NCBI GenBank assembly: GCA_951406725.2
Contig: OX597822.1
Coordinates: forward strand, 76,384,001 to 76,448,000
Source of the DNA: Octopus vulgaris
Lineage: Eukaryota
DNA length: 64,000 nt
Direction: 5' to 3'
The translations under genes were made by a program, and so were the position numbers. The first letter of the stretch is position 1; each line of letters opens with the position of its first letter. The notes beneath the pieces are model-generated. The model had not been told where the DNA came from and did no database searches. It saw nothing but the letters and a program-made list of their open reading frames with translations. Positions 37,715-51,154 of the stretch are shown here, one piece after another.

Positions 37715-38547
37715 ATATACATATGCGTGTGTGTGTATACGTATAATATATATGCACATGTGCATGTATAATATATATATATGCATGTGTGTATGTGTGT
37801 ATACCTATTATATGCACATGTGTGTGAGAGTATGTATTATATATATATATGCGTGTGTGTGTGTATGTATGTATAATGTATATGCACATGTTTGTGTATA
37901 TATGTATAATTTATATGTACGTGTGTGTATATATATATAATATATATGCATGTGTGCATACATATATGCATGTGAGTGTGTATGTATGTATAATATATAT
38001 GCACATGTGTGTATGTATAATATATATGCATATGTGTGTGTATATATATAATATATATGCATGTGTGTATGTATGTATAATATATATGCACATGTGTGTA
38101 TGTATAATATATATGCACATGTGTGTGTCTATGTATAATATATATGCTCATGTGCATGTGTGTGTATAATATATATATGCATGTGTATGTGTATGTATTA
38201 TATGCACGTGTGTATGTATAATATAAATGTACATGTGCGTGTATGTATAATATATATGCACATGTGTGTGTATACGTATTATATGCACATGCATGTGTGT
38301 ATAATAGATATGCACATGTGTGTGTATATATATTATATGCACATGCTTGTGTGTATAATAGATATGCACATGTGTGTGTATATGTATTATATGCACATGC
38401 TTGTGTGTATAATAGATATGCACATGTGTGTGTATGTATAATATATAATAATATATCTGTATAATATATGTATATTATAATAATATTATATGTATATGTA
38501 TAATACATATGCACATGTGTGTGTGTATGTGAGTGTGTATAATATAT
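37715..38547. repeat. Microsatellite-derived minisatellite, unit about 26-30 bp (TGTGTGTATGTATAATATATATGCACA)
   Basis: Roughly 25 recurrences of TATAATATATATGCACATGTG variants. Confidence 0.9.
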
Positions 38548-38824
38548 ATTCTTTTCAACTCTAGGCACCAAGCCCAAAATTTTGGGGGAGGGGGCCAGTC
38601 AGTTAGACCACCCCTAATATACAACTGGTACTTAAATTATTGACTCCGAAAGGATGAAAGGCAAAGTTGACCTCGGTGGATTTTGAACTCAGAACATGAA
38701 CACAAATGACATACCACCAAGCATTTTGCCCGGCGTGCTAACAATTCTGCCAGCTAGCCACCTTGTGTGAATAATATATATGCAGATGTGTATGTGTGTG
38801 TGTATGCATATATAATATATATGC

Positions 38825-38862
<38 letters not shown>

Positions 38863-39310
38863 ATGGTGTGTGTGTATGTGTATGAACTAGAAGCCATTAT
38901 GCAGTAAAAGAGAAACTTATATTTTGAAGCTTTCAAGAAGTATGGGAGATAATTGCAGGCATCTTTCATTCTTATTAAGTCTTCTTAGCAAAATATAAAC
39001 CTCAGTGTACTTTCCAAAGTAATGATGAGAGCACCGGGGAAGAAATTTAGGAGAATCTATATTTGTCAACCTATTCAGAGAACAAATTCCTCACAGTCAT
39101 GACTTGCATGATTATAGCAACAGGTAATTAGTGCTAACTTTCTATTATAGGCACAAGGCCAGCAATTTTAGGGGGTGGTGGTAATCAATGTTAACCTCAG
39201 TGCTCAACAAACACTTATTTTATTGATCCCAAATGGCAAAGTTGACCCCGCTTGAATTTGGATTTAGAAGAAACACTGCTAAAAATTCTATCCCATCTAT
39301 TAACAGTTAA

Positions 39311-39620
39311 GGCACATAGCTTAATGGTTAGAATATTTGGCTCACGATCATAAGGACATGAGTTCGATTCCTGGTGATGCATTCTGTTCTTGAGCAAGAC
39401 ACTGTTACCCCAGTTCACTCAGCTGTAGAAATGAGTTGTGCCTGTGTTTCAAAGGGCCAGCCTTGTCACACTCTGTGTCACACAGAATCTCTCTGAGGAC
39501 TACATTAAGTGTACACATATCTGTGGAGTGCTCAGCCATTTGCATGTTAATTTCACGAGCAGGCTGTTCCTTTGATTGAATCATCTGGAACACCCCTCAT
39601 TGTTATCAGCAGAGTCCCAC
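39311..39620 (+). mobile_element. tRNA-derived SINE, family D
   Basis: A box TAGCTTAATGG, B box GAGTTCGATTCC and a TTGAGCAAGACACT core. A second copy lies at 63729-64000. Confidence 0.8.
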
Positions 39621-39664
39621 TAAAAGTAGATGTGCTAACAATACTGCTAGGTATTACCACACAG

Positions 39665-40012
39665 CTAAGTAGCTTGCTTACAAACCACATGGTTCCAGGT
39701 TCAGTCCCACTGTGTGACACCTTGGCCAAGTGTCTTCTGCTATAGCTTCAAGTCAATTAAAGCCTTGTGAGTGGATTTGGTAGATGGAAACTGAAAGAAG
39801 CTTGTCGTGTATATATATATATTTGTGTTTGTCCTCCCCACCATCACTTGACAACCGATGGTGCTGTGTTTATGTCTCCGTAACTTAACAGACTCATCGA
39901 ATAAGTACTGGGCTTACAAAGAATTAGATCTGGGCTCGATTTGTTAAACTAAAAGCAGTGCTCCAGCATGGCCACAGTTAAATGATTGTAAAAAGTAAAA
40001 AGCAAAAGAATA
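39665..40012 (+). mobile_element. Family A SINE
   Basis: Family blocks. Confidence 0.85.
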
Positions 40013-40254
40013 AATGAATAACCCACTGCCTTAAGTTAGCGTTAACATATTAATGGGAAGTATAACATGTTAAACTCCAAAAAAACCTCATGATAACAAA
40101 GGAGAACGGGCACCAGACAGCCAGCCAGCCCAAAGGTATGGGGTGGGCTAAGGTAGATCTGGCTACCCCTGTTAATGGGAATAAAACCCAGGTTTAAAAC
40201 ACTGGATGATGATGATGATGAACTATCAGGATGTGTATGAAACTTAAAGCATAT

Positions 40255-40921
40255 CCCTTTCATTACTGTATTTATTTTGAGATGTTCTGTGTTTCTTTCA
40301 ATTAATTTTAAATATAACAAAGAATTTAGTAAAATAACTTAGTTATCATTAAGCTAGTGTTAGGAACATAAATTGTGACTTAGGTTTAGTGGAAGATTTT
40401 AATTCAGAACTTATGAAAACAAGGCATTTATACTACATAACCAGAGATGGTTTCAGCCTGGTAGTTATCAAATGGTTTAAGAATTGTTTCTCTATTATAT
40501 ATTTTAATCCTTTTGTTCTTATATTTCTGTTGAGATGCTCTGTATTTCTTTCAATTAATTTTAAATTTAGCAAAGAATTTAGTAAAATAACTTAGTTTTC
40601 ATGTTAGGAACATAAATTGTGATTAAGGATTGGTGGAAGATTTTAACCAGAGGCGGTTTCAGCTAGGTTGGTATCAAAAGGGTTAAGAATTATTTCTCTA
40701 TTATATATTTTAACCCTTTTATTACCATATTTCCTGATGAGATGCTCTGTGTTTCTTTCAATTAATTTTAAATATAACAGAGAATTTAGTAAAATAACTT
40801 AGTTATCATTAAGCTAGTGTTAGGAACATAAATTGTGACTAAGGTTTGGTGGAACTTATGAAAACAAGACATTTGTATTTCAGAGACAGAGGCAGTTTCA
40901 GCTGGGTTGGTATCAAAAGGG
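40255..40921 (+). mobile_element. Three tandem piggyBac-type MITE copies with a repeated ~30-bp spacer
   Basis: Units 40255-40476, 40508-40682 and 40714-40921 have CCCTTT/AAAGGG-TTAA ends. The spacer TTAAGAATT.TTTCTCTATTATATATTTTAA occurs twice. Confidence 0.85.
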
Positions 40922-41825
40922 TTAAGAGGGAAAATTCTCCTGAAACTTAGGTAGTTTGTGTTAGTAATCTTTCCTCTATTGTTTATGTTGTTGTGAATAT
41001 AAAAGGACTATTAGAGACAAATAAACGATGCGAAACATACCACAGGATAGGAAACTAGACCCTTCAGCAGTTGGATTCTTTTCTCTTTTTGTCTTTTACT
41101 TGCTTCAGTTGTTGGACTGTGGTCATGCTGGGGCACTGCCGCAAAGGGTTGTAAACAAACCAGCATCAGTCATCATGAGGTGGTGAGCAGACAACATTGA
41201 CACAAAGACACCCACTGGCACACCATCAGTACCCATTTCTTTCTTCCTCGCCTCGGTTACCACAACTCACCCTTATAATGTAGGGTAGCTATGTACTTCC
41301 TCCACTGCAAGATGCATGTGCTTGTCTGTCTCTCTCTTTCTATCGTACTTAAACCTCTCAGTACCTGCCATCAAGTCACCTCCTTCTTCTTCATCCTCTC
41401 CCACACATGCACACAGAGTCATGGGAGCTCTACCCTTTTTTCTTCTCTGTCTTGCAATTTCCTTGCTGAGCTCATTAGGGATGGTGTCGTAAAAGAAAGG
41501 GACCAATATACAATGTATGGTGATTGGCAATAGGAAGCACAGTCCTAGCAGATCCTGTCAAACCTGTCCAACTCATGCCAGCATGGAAAACGGATATTTA
41601 GTAGTAATGGTGATGATGATGATATGTGAAAGGTAGCCATGTCGATGACATGGAAAAGGCACCCAGTAAACTCTGTAAAGTGGTTGGTGTCAGGAAGGAC
41701 ATCTAGCTTTAGAAACCAAGCTAAAACAGACGATTAGAACCTGGTGCAAACCTCCAGTTTACCAGCTTCACTCAAACTATGTAACCCATACCAGCACAGA
41801 AAACAGACGTTAAATGATGTTGATA

Positions 41826-41870
<45 letters not shown>

Positions 41871-42057
41871 TATATGCATAATAGTTTCAAATTTTGCCAC
41901 AAGGACATTAACCCCAGTACTCAACTGGTACTTACTTTATCAACCCCGAAAGGATGAAATGTAAAATCAACTTTGGCGAAATTTAAACTCAGAATGTAGC
42001 GGCAGATGAAATGCCACTAAGCATTCCACCCAGCATGCTAACAATTCTGCCAGCTCG

Positions 42058-42096
<39 letters not shown>

Positions 42097-42241
42097 GGTA
42101 GGTATGTATCTATGTATATATATATATATATATAAATATGTAGGTAGGTAGGTATGTATCTATGTATATATATATACATATGTATGCATCTAGGTATGTA
42201 TGTATATATATACACACACATATATATACATATATATATAT

Positions 42242-42285
<44 letters not shown>

Positions 42286-42344
42286 GCACATATATATATA
42301 TACACATATATATACACACATACATACACACACACACACACACG

Positions 42345-42376
<32 letters not shown>

Positions 42377-42714
42377 CGGACTCACGAGGGATTAGTCAGC
42401 CTGGGGCTATAATAGAAGACCTTGCCCAAGGTGCTGCAGAGTGGGGCTGAACCTGATGCCCTGTTGTTGCAAAATGAACTTCATAATCACACAACTGCAC
42501 CTTGTGTTTGTATGAACGTGAACATGTATTTGTGGGGAAGGCAGAGAGGAAGAAAGAAAACTGCATAAGTTTTTTAATGCTACTTATGGTGTCATGCATA
42601 TAAAGCTTGAACATTCCTTGCTGCAGGAACATAACAGAATGCCTACAGCAGAATATGTGCTGTTTAGTTTGATACCTTAGAGCTGCTATATTGATAACTT
42701 AATTATTCAGATGC

Positions 42715-42790
<76 letters not shown>

Positions 42791-43557
42791 GTACGTTGTA
42801 AGTTTGTGTATGTTTGTATTTTGCGTGTACATGTGTGTTTCTGTGTGTATGTCCATGCATAGTTATGTATGCCTGTGAAAAGAAAGAAAGAGTGAAATAA
42901 TGTGTGGCGTTTTTTAATGCAAAATATGGTGTCACAATAAATAAAATTTGAAAATTAAATATATTGAATAGAACTGATACAAGGAAAAATATATCAAACA
43001 AAATCCCATGGACACACAGACACACACACACACATAAACATAATCACACAAAAATAAACACATATGGACATACACTAACTAATGAAAACACACAACTGTG
43101 CTTCACATGTACTCATTCTCTCAAACAACAACAACAAAAAAATGAAACAATATCATGGATTAACACGTAATCTTGTTGTGATAATCTTAATTGAATATGC
43201 TTTGAAATAGTCTTTCTGATATTGTATATTTGTGAGTGGTGGGGGATATAGTATAGTAGTTGTGGTGGTGGTGGTGGTGGTGGTGGTTTCTGAATAGTCA
43301 AAGCTGTGGAAGATTTAATGAGAAGGGTAAGAGGGTGAAATAGTGAATGAATCACACCCACACATACACGCATGCACACACACACACACAAACACAAATA
43401 CACAAACATACACATCATGTATGTGTGTACATAAATATATACACACATACACGCTCACACCCAGAAAGAGAGAAAGACAGGGTGAGAAAGTGAATCCCAC
43501 ACAAATACTCAAACATGCATACACAACGTGTATGTGTGTACACATACACACACATAT

Positions 43558-43610
<53 letters not shown>

Positions 43611-44444
43611 CACACTCACACCCAGAAAGAAAGACAAGGTGAGAAAGTGAATCACACATACACACACACATACACATACAAGCACACACACATATATATA
43701 AATACCAAGAGAGAGAAAATAGTGGAGAGGGAGAGAGAGAGAGTGAGGAGACTGCAGGCCTCTACAACAAGAAAATAGTGGGGGAGAAGACAGAAAAGAG
43801 ATATATATAAAGTTAAAGGGAAAGAGGAAATCTGATTGGAAAAAGGGAAAAGAAAAAGGCAGAGATACAATTTATAGTGTTTGAGGATGAAAGAGAGAGA
43901 GAGAGGGGGGGGATAAAAAGCAAGGTTGACAAAAACAAAAAAGAACACAATGAGACAAAAACTAGAGAGAACTAGGAGTGAGAATGAATGAGAGTAAGAA
44001 AGAAGAGTGCTAAAGGAGAGAGAGGTAAGGAGAGAGAATAAAGAGCAGGTTTGACAGAAGATTACACATAAGAAAAGAGAGAGTAAGACTGGAAAAGATG
44101 GTGGGAGAGAGAGAGGGAGAGAAAGCGAGAATAAGGAAATACAATATGTGAAAGTGAAAGAGATAGAATGAAGAGATAGGGTATGAAAGAATGGGGGGTA
44201 GGGAGAAGTTTACTAACTGAGGGAGAGCAAGGAAGAGAGAAGGAAAGACAGGAGTGAGAGGGAGAGAAGTGAGAGCAGCAGAGAAAGGAGAGAGGGAGAC
44301 ATCACTGAAAAGATTTTTAAATCTAATAAATTAATTTGATTTTCTACATTGTATCTTTTTCAGCTTTTAACTCAGACTTAGTCGTAAAAGAAAGCGTTGC
44401 GTCTTTTACATCTTATTAACAATATGTGCATGCTTACATGCAGG

Positions 44445-44498
<54 letters not shown>

Positions 44499-44508
44499 GG
44501 TATGTGTG

Positions 44509-44543
<35 letters not shown>

Positions 44544-44843
44544 ATAATTAATATGAGGATACAGATACATGCAAATACACTTACACATGTGTGCATATAT
44601 ATATCAATATATGTATATTTGCTAATATACATATATGTATATATATATATGTGTGTGTGTGTATGTGTGTGTGTGTGTGTGTATCTTTATGTATATGCAT
44701 GTGGGTATATAATTGTGTATGTTATTTATGTATATTCATGTCTATCCATTGCGCAAGTGTTACTACAGACAATGAGGGCTGTCCAAAGTGTGGTTATTGC
44801 TTATTGTAAACTATGTGTGTGCGTGCGTGTGTGAACAGGTATG

Positions 44844-44902
<59 letters not shown>

Positions 44903-44982
44903 ATACACAAGCACCCACAAACACATACGCACACACATATATATTTATATTTGCAAAAGACATATGAAGACATATTTTTCAC

Positions 44983-45019
<37 letters not shown>

Positions 45020-45483
45020 TATACATATTTATACATATATATATATATATATATAATATATACATCTTTTTTACTTCCCTACAATAAATTACAGAGCATA
45101 AAATGAGAAACGGAGCCACATTACACACATACACAGACACACGCATGAACATGCCGCACATACACACGCTTTCACTTCTTCATAATGCAATTTTATATGC
45201 ATTCAGCTGTGCTGTTTATACAGAATATCACAGGCATATGTTTTTTCTGTGTTTTTTTTAATATATAATCTTATTTAATTATTTTTGTTACTTTAAAATG
45301 TTTTTTTCTTTTTCTTTGAGGGAATTCTCCCCCCCCCCCAACCATGCTACATTTAAAGTAAACTATCATCTTTGTCTCTCTCCCCCATCTTCTTCTCCTT
45401 TGTCTCCTTTTTCTGAAGAACTATGATAATAGTAACAAGCCTGTAGGCACTCATATGTGTGTTGTAGCACTGATTTTTAAACG

Positions 45484-45645
45484 ATGAGGAATCTAGTTCT
45501 ACTTTTGAAAATGGTATTGGCATCATCGCGCAAAAATCCTTCTTTTATTCTTACTGTGTGTCTCTCGGTGTGTCTCCTCTGTCAAATACAAGCTGATTAC
45601 GAAGAAACCCTGAAAGAGAAAGAAAACAACAAAAATTTTTTTTAA
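45484..45645 (+). CDS. 53-aa ORF resembling a signal-peptide exon (MRNLVLLLKMVLASSRKNPSFILTVCLSVCLLCQIQADYEETLKEKENNKNFF*)
   Basis: Polypyrimidine tract at 45367-45414 upstream, a basic-hydrophobic-QIQA pattern, and donor AAG|gtaaaa at 45649. The stop lies at a T8/A5 homopolymer junction. Confidence 0.25.
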   Translation: MRNLVLLLKMVLASSRKNPSFILTVCLSVCLLCQIQADYEETLKEKENNKNFF

Positions 45646-45914
45646 AAAGGTAAAAACACTCCCTCTGAAAGTACAAGGAGTAAAATTGAAATGAAATTAA
45701 GATAAAAAGAGAAAAAAAATTAATATTGGAAATACCAAAAAATTATATATAATAGTCATAGAAATATATCAGGCTTTCTAAAGATGCTTATATAATATTT
45801 GTTTATCCACTCATACATGTATATACAGAGAGAGAGGTACACACACACACATGTACGTACACATAAAATCTGACTGCCTCTCTGAAATGTGCATATCCAT
45901 ATGCATTCACTTAA

Positions 45915-45963
<49 letters not shown>

Positions 45964-46320
45964 TACATACATACATACATACATATGTATATATGCAAAT
46001 ATATTCATTGTAACTACATATGCCTGTGAGCATGTATAGTGTGTGTGTGTGTGTGTCCATGTTTGTTTATTACACTTGGTGTGAGTACATATGTTTGTGA
46101 ATGTGTGGATGAGTGTATATGTAATGATAAATGTTATTCAATTGCAATAAAACATATTTCAGAGTAAAAAGTTTACTGTAGTGCTCAATGGGATTAAAAC
46201 CAGAGCTTTATAATAATAAAAGTAATATGTAATAATTGAGGAACACCAGAAAAATGAGTGATAACATATATCATATAATGTATACATACTTTGAATTCAA
46301 CCAAATATAAATTTCTTTCA

Positions 46321-46700
46321 CAGGAGTGGCTGTGGTAAGTAGCTTGCTTACCAACCACATCGTCCAGTGTTCAGTCCCACTGCGTGGTACTTTGGACAAG
46401 TGTCTGGTAGGCAGAAACTGGAAGAAGCCTGTCGTATATATATATATATATATATACACATACATATATATGTGTTTGTGTATGTGTATATGTTTGTGTG
46501 CCTGTGCTTTGCCCCCCAACATCGCTTGACAACCGATGCTGGTGTGCTTACGTCCCCGTAACTTAGCATTTGGCAAAAAAGACCGATAGAGTAAGTACTA
46601 GGGTTATAATAAGTCCTGGGGTCGATTTGCTTGACTAATGGAGGTGCTCCAGCATGGCCTCAATCAAATAACTGAAACAAGTAAAAGAATAAAAGAATAA
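46321..46700 (+). mobile_element. Family A SINE with internal deletion
   Basis: Head CAGGAGTGGCTGTGGTAAG through the tail. Confidence 0.85.
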
Positions 46701-46793
46701 AGACGTATACATATGTATATATAAATAAAAAACAAATATGCATATAGGCGCAGAAGTGGCTGTGTGTGGATAGGCACAGGAGTTGCTGTGTGG

Positions 46794-48200
46794 TTGTTAG
46801 TGTTGCTCTTGGCACTAAGGTAGTCACATGCTATTTTGTAGCTGCGAATTATTGACAAAAAGAGCTCAACTGTAAGGTAAGCCTTTTGTTTTTGGGGTCC
46901 AGTGGGGGTTTGTTGTTTGGTGTGTAATATTTTACCCCAGGCAAGAAGTCCTCACTGGATTTTAGACATTTGTCGGCTTGCACTTGAGCATTATTGTTCA
47001 CTTAAGATGAATTGGGGGGCGGGGTTTCTCACCTCCAAGAAAGTTGTGAAATTCGTGGAATTTTACCAAAAAGTTGTGAAATTTGTGGAATTGTACCAAT
47101 TTGTGGCGCCCTGTTCCTGTTGGTGGATTACCCTAGTACCCTAGGCCAGGAGTATTGTTGGCTGGAATCGTGCTTTATTGAATTCTGCTGTGTTTTGAAC
47201 TGTCTTCTTTCTTTCTTCTGTCTTCTTTTTGTGTTTTTTCTTTGAACTTTTTTTTAACTTGTGTTGACTTTTTTTGGACTCAAAAACATGGCAAAGAAAG
47301 CTGATAAGGTGTTGGAGTGGGAAATTGCCCCACCCAAACAGTGGATAAAAAGTCTTAAGGAGAGGATGGTGGTGCTGCGAACATACTCCAAGTTGCTCGA
47401 CACCATCTTCAAAAAAATTGATATAGAGAGAGGTTTGGTGGAATACATGCCAAATATAAAATTTATTTCCGGGGGTGTCAAATATGGGATGGTGTAGTTG
47501 CTATTTAACATGCCTGAAGAGGCTTGCAATTTTGTGAATCAGCCCTTCGAGGGCGAAGAGTTATTGTTTCTTCCCGTGTATTGTGGGAAGAAGTTGACAT
47601 GGGCTTGGGTCTGCGGGTTGCCACCCGGAATAGAACCTGAGTGGATAGAAGACACTATCCACCGGGGTCTGGGTAGCAGTGGAGCCAATCTCCTCAGTAT
47701 CAAAATTTTGCCTGTAGCTGATTGAGTGGGGTCAAAAGTGGTTTTGGACCCAATCAGCCAAGAATCTGGTGTTTCCAGATTTTCTTAAAATGGCCAGTTG
47801 TAGGTATTCGGTGAGTCTTGAGGGACGCCCCCGCCCCCCAAGTGTCACCTGTGCCTGGAACCAGGCCACATTAAAAAGAATTGTTCCGAGGACCAGAGTA
47901 AGGTCCTGGAACAGTTAGTTATGGAAGAACCCCCACCTCCTCCACTGGAGGCAGTGAAGACCTCCCAGAAAAAAAGGGGAAAAAGAAGTGGGCAACAATG
48001 GTTGCCCACTGAAGGCCCCCAAAGCTGTGGGTAGGAGGGAACTTCCTCCGATTAAAGCAGAGCAACTACACCCTCCCGTAGCAAAGGGGAGAAAAAGAAG
48101 AAAAACGGGGCAGTGCTGGTGATTAATACACTGGGAATTGTGCCACCGATGGTGGAAGTTGTAGCCTCAACCCATGTGGGGGAGGAAACCCTTCCTAAAG
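46794..48200 (+). mobile_element. 5' UTR and decayed ORF1 (gag-like) of an L1/Tx1-type non-LTR retrotransposon
   Basis: ATG at 47288. The reading continues through in-frame stops (47495, 47723) with VCGLPPGIEPEWI and VSLEGRP, a CX2CX4HX4C knuckle CHLCLEPGHIKKNC at 47843-47884, and a Pro/Lys-rich tail. Confidence 0.75.
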
Positions 48201-48614
48201 ATAATTTACCAACATAACATGGCAGTCCTGGTTTAGGACGAATGTTGCTGTAATTTAGCCCCAGGAGACATTGTCTCTAGCTAACTACATGACATGATCT
48301 GTGTCCTTATATTTTTGAACAAGGGTATTTAGCACCCCACTCAGCTCAAAACATGCACTCACACACACACACAATGGGTTTCTTTCAGTTTCCGTCTACC
48401 AAACCCACTCACATGGCTTTGGTCAGCCTGGTAGTATAGTGGAGAAAAACTTGCCGAAAGTGCCACACTGTGGGACTGAACCCATAACGATGTGACTGGG
48501 AAGCCAATTTCCTAATATCACAGCCACTTGTGATCCTAAACACAAATAGGGACTTACAACAGTCATACAATCCAAAGCCCCCAGTTAGATTCAAGCTCAC
48601 AACCCCCTGGGGTC

Positions 48615-48850
48615 ACTTCCTGACAGTGGACAGTATTTGGGGTAAAAGAAGGCCCAGGAAGGCATGGAAAGAAATGGTTAGGTTTGATCTCATTTTAATT
48701 TATGCTGGCATAGAATCCATGAAGCGCTGGCCATCATGGATAACATGATGCATCAATTAAATGAAGGATTATTTTCCTGTCATAGTTCAGATCCATCTAA
48801 CTCGTGTCAGCCAGGAAAACCAGTCGCAGACGACATCCAATCAGTGATGA
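48615..48850 (+). mobile_element. RTE-clade LINE 3' remnant
   Basis: GKRRPRKAWKEMVRFDL resembles the RGRPRKTW..V..DL end of RTE ORFs and is followed by a GAT-rich tail. Confidence 0.5.
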
Positions 48851-49179
48851 GAGAAATAATGAGGTGGCAGAGGAGGAAGAAGAGGATGATGAAGATGATG
48901 ATGGTGATGATGATTTTGTTGCGAGAATGAAGCAGGCACATGACACAAAAATAAACACAAGATATTTTTGTGGTCAATAATACTAACACACCGAGGGTCA
49001 TCATATAACACACACACACACACACGCATGCACACAGAATAAATTAATAAATTAAACAAAATAAAAAGCAAACTGAAAACAAACTAATTTTGAATTTTAA
49101 TGATTGCATTGAATGAAGAGCAGAAATCCATTCATCCATCTACTCTCCTCTTTCTCCTCCTGTAATCATTATTTATTTT

Positions 49180-49675
49180 CATCATTACCATCATCGTCAT
49201 TATCACCATCACCACCATCATCCATCACATCATCATCATCATCATCATCACCATTGCCACCACCACCACCCCATCATCATTATCATCACCATTGCCACCA
49301 CCGTCATCATTACCATCACCATTGTCACCACCATCATCCATCACCATCATCATCATCATCATCACCACCACCATCACCACCATCATCATCATCACCATTA
49401 CCACCATCATCATCATCACCATTACCACCCCATCATCATCATCATTGCCACCACAACCACCACCGCCATCATCATGACCACTGCCATAACCACTACCACA
49501 CCATCATCATCATCATCACCATTGCCACCACCACCACCATCCCATCACCATCATCATCATCATCATCATAACCTTTGCCATCACCACCATCCCATCATCA
49601 TCACCATTGCCACCACCACCACCATCATCATCATCACCATCACCAATGCCACCACCATTCCACCATCATCATTAT
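49180..49675. repeat. Compound (CAT/CAC)n microsatellite
   Basis: Directly visible. Confidence 0.95.
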
Positions 49676-50019
49676 CAAGAGCAGCACCAACACCAGGATG
49701 ATAACCTCCACAAATGAATGAAACTTATTGATAACTGTTGAAGAATAAGTCCAAAGCTTATTTATTAACTAATCAATTTGTTCTCGTTTATTATCAACAC
49801 CAGCAAAACAACACCAACAAGAAATGCATTGCAATTAGCTTTGATTTTGTGACTGTTGCTGATTGGTAGAATAAATGGTAGCAGTGGTAGCAGTGAGAGG
49901 AGACCTATCGTTAGTAAAATCTCTACCCCGCCTCCTTTTCACCTCCAAATGTTTAGTCATTTCTGTTCAAGTGGAGATTATGTTGCATTGCTTCTTGAAC
50001 TTTGAAGAAAAGGCTTCAT

Positions 50020-50510
50020 GTGTGGCCGTGTGGTTATAGAGGCAAGCTTGCAAACACGTGGTTTCAGGTTCTGTCCCACTGTGCAGCACTTTGGCTAAGT
50101 GTTTTTTTTTGTAATATAGCCCTCAGGTCGACCAATAGCTTGCGAGGGAATTTTGCTTGACAGAAACTGTATGGAATCCTATCATACACACACACACACA
50201 CACACACACACGCGTTCAGTTATAATAAAAACAATCTTATATGGACAGTCCAACAATGGCCTATCTGGTTGACATTCTTCAAAGTCACTATTCTTGTTTT
50301 AAGAATAATGTGTGTGTGTTTGTGTTTGTCCAACCACTGTTTGACAACCAGTGTTGATTTGTTTACATCCCCATAACTTAGCAGTTCAGCAAAAGTGACT
50401 GATAGAGTATATGTAACAGACTTTAAAAAGATGAGCATTGGAAATGATTTGTTTACATAAACCCCTCAAAGCACTGCCCCAGCATGGCCACAGTCCAATG
50501 ACTGAAAGAC
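50020..50510 (+). mobile_element. Family A SINE, old copy with internal insertion
   Basis: Head at 50020-50185 and 3' half at 50310-50510. Confidence 0.75.
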
Positions 50511-50853
50511 TTTAAAAAATTAAAAAATAATCTTCCTATTTTGACTACTGTTACTTCAACTTGTTGCTTTTATATTTTGTTTTAACTCCCATGCCCACCC
50601 AACCTGATTGCATATCCCTATAATCAAAGGTATTCTGACCCCTTGACCCTTCTTTCCATTTGTGTATTAAGGATCACATTGCTGAATCTGTCTCCCGTTT
50701 TCATTGTTTTGAAATGGTTGGCTGAGATTTTGATGGGGATTCGGTTGCTATGTTTAGCAGAGCAGACGATCACATAGCTGCTTCCTTATTAAATCCAGCT
50801 CTCTGATTGGCTGTTTGTTAATGTTGATGTTGCTGTTATTGACGTTATTGCAG

Positions 50854-50978
50854 TTTCTCTAGCATCGTTAATTTGGTACTGATTAACTGTGGCCAACCAA
50901 ACATTAGATGATGACTCACTGATCGCAGAGTGTGTGAACAGCGCCATAGACTTGCTTAAGAGAAAGTTTGAAAGTTTT
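50854..50978 (+). other. Exon-like unique segment (…VANQTLDDDSLIAECVNSAIDLLKRKFESF) with an in-frame TGA
   Basis: Acceptor ttattgcag, donor TTT|gtgagc and protein-like composition, but one stop in the best frame. Confidence 0.2.
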
Positions 50979-51154
50979 GTGAGCTTGTTTATTGCGATGT
51001 GGTGTTAACGGATGTGGTGATGATGAAGGAGAGGCCTCACAACACTATCATAATTGGGTTTGGCTTTAAACTGTTGTTTTTCTTCTTATTTGTTTACTTA
51101 TATCTTCTGTCTACTTTTTAATCAATTTACTAATTTATTATTAATAACACTAAC

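Noticed and set aside
41273-41533. Overlapping 80-85-aa ORFs
   Set aside because: No domain signal, and they lie among repeat fragments, so probably the non-coding part of a retroelement.
49113-49701. Ser/Pro/His-rich ORFs
   Set aside because: (CAT/CAC)n microsatellite.
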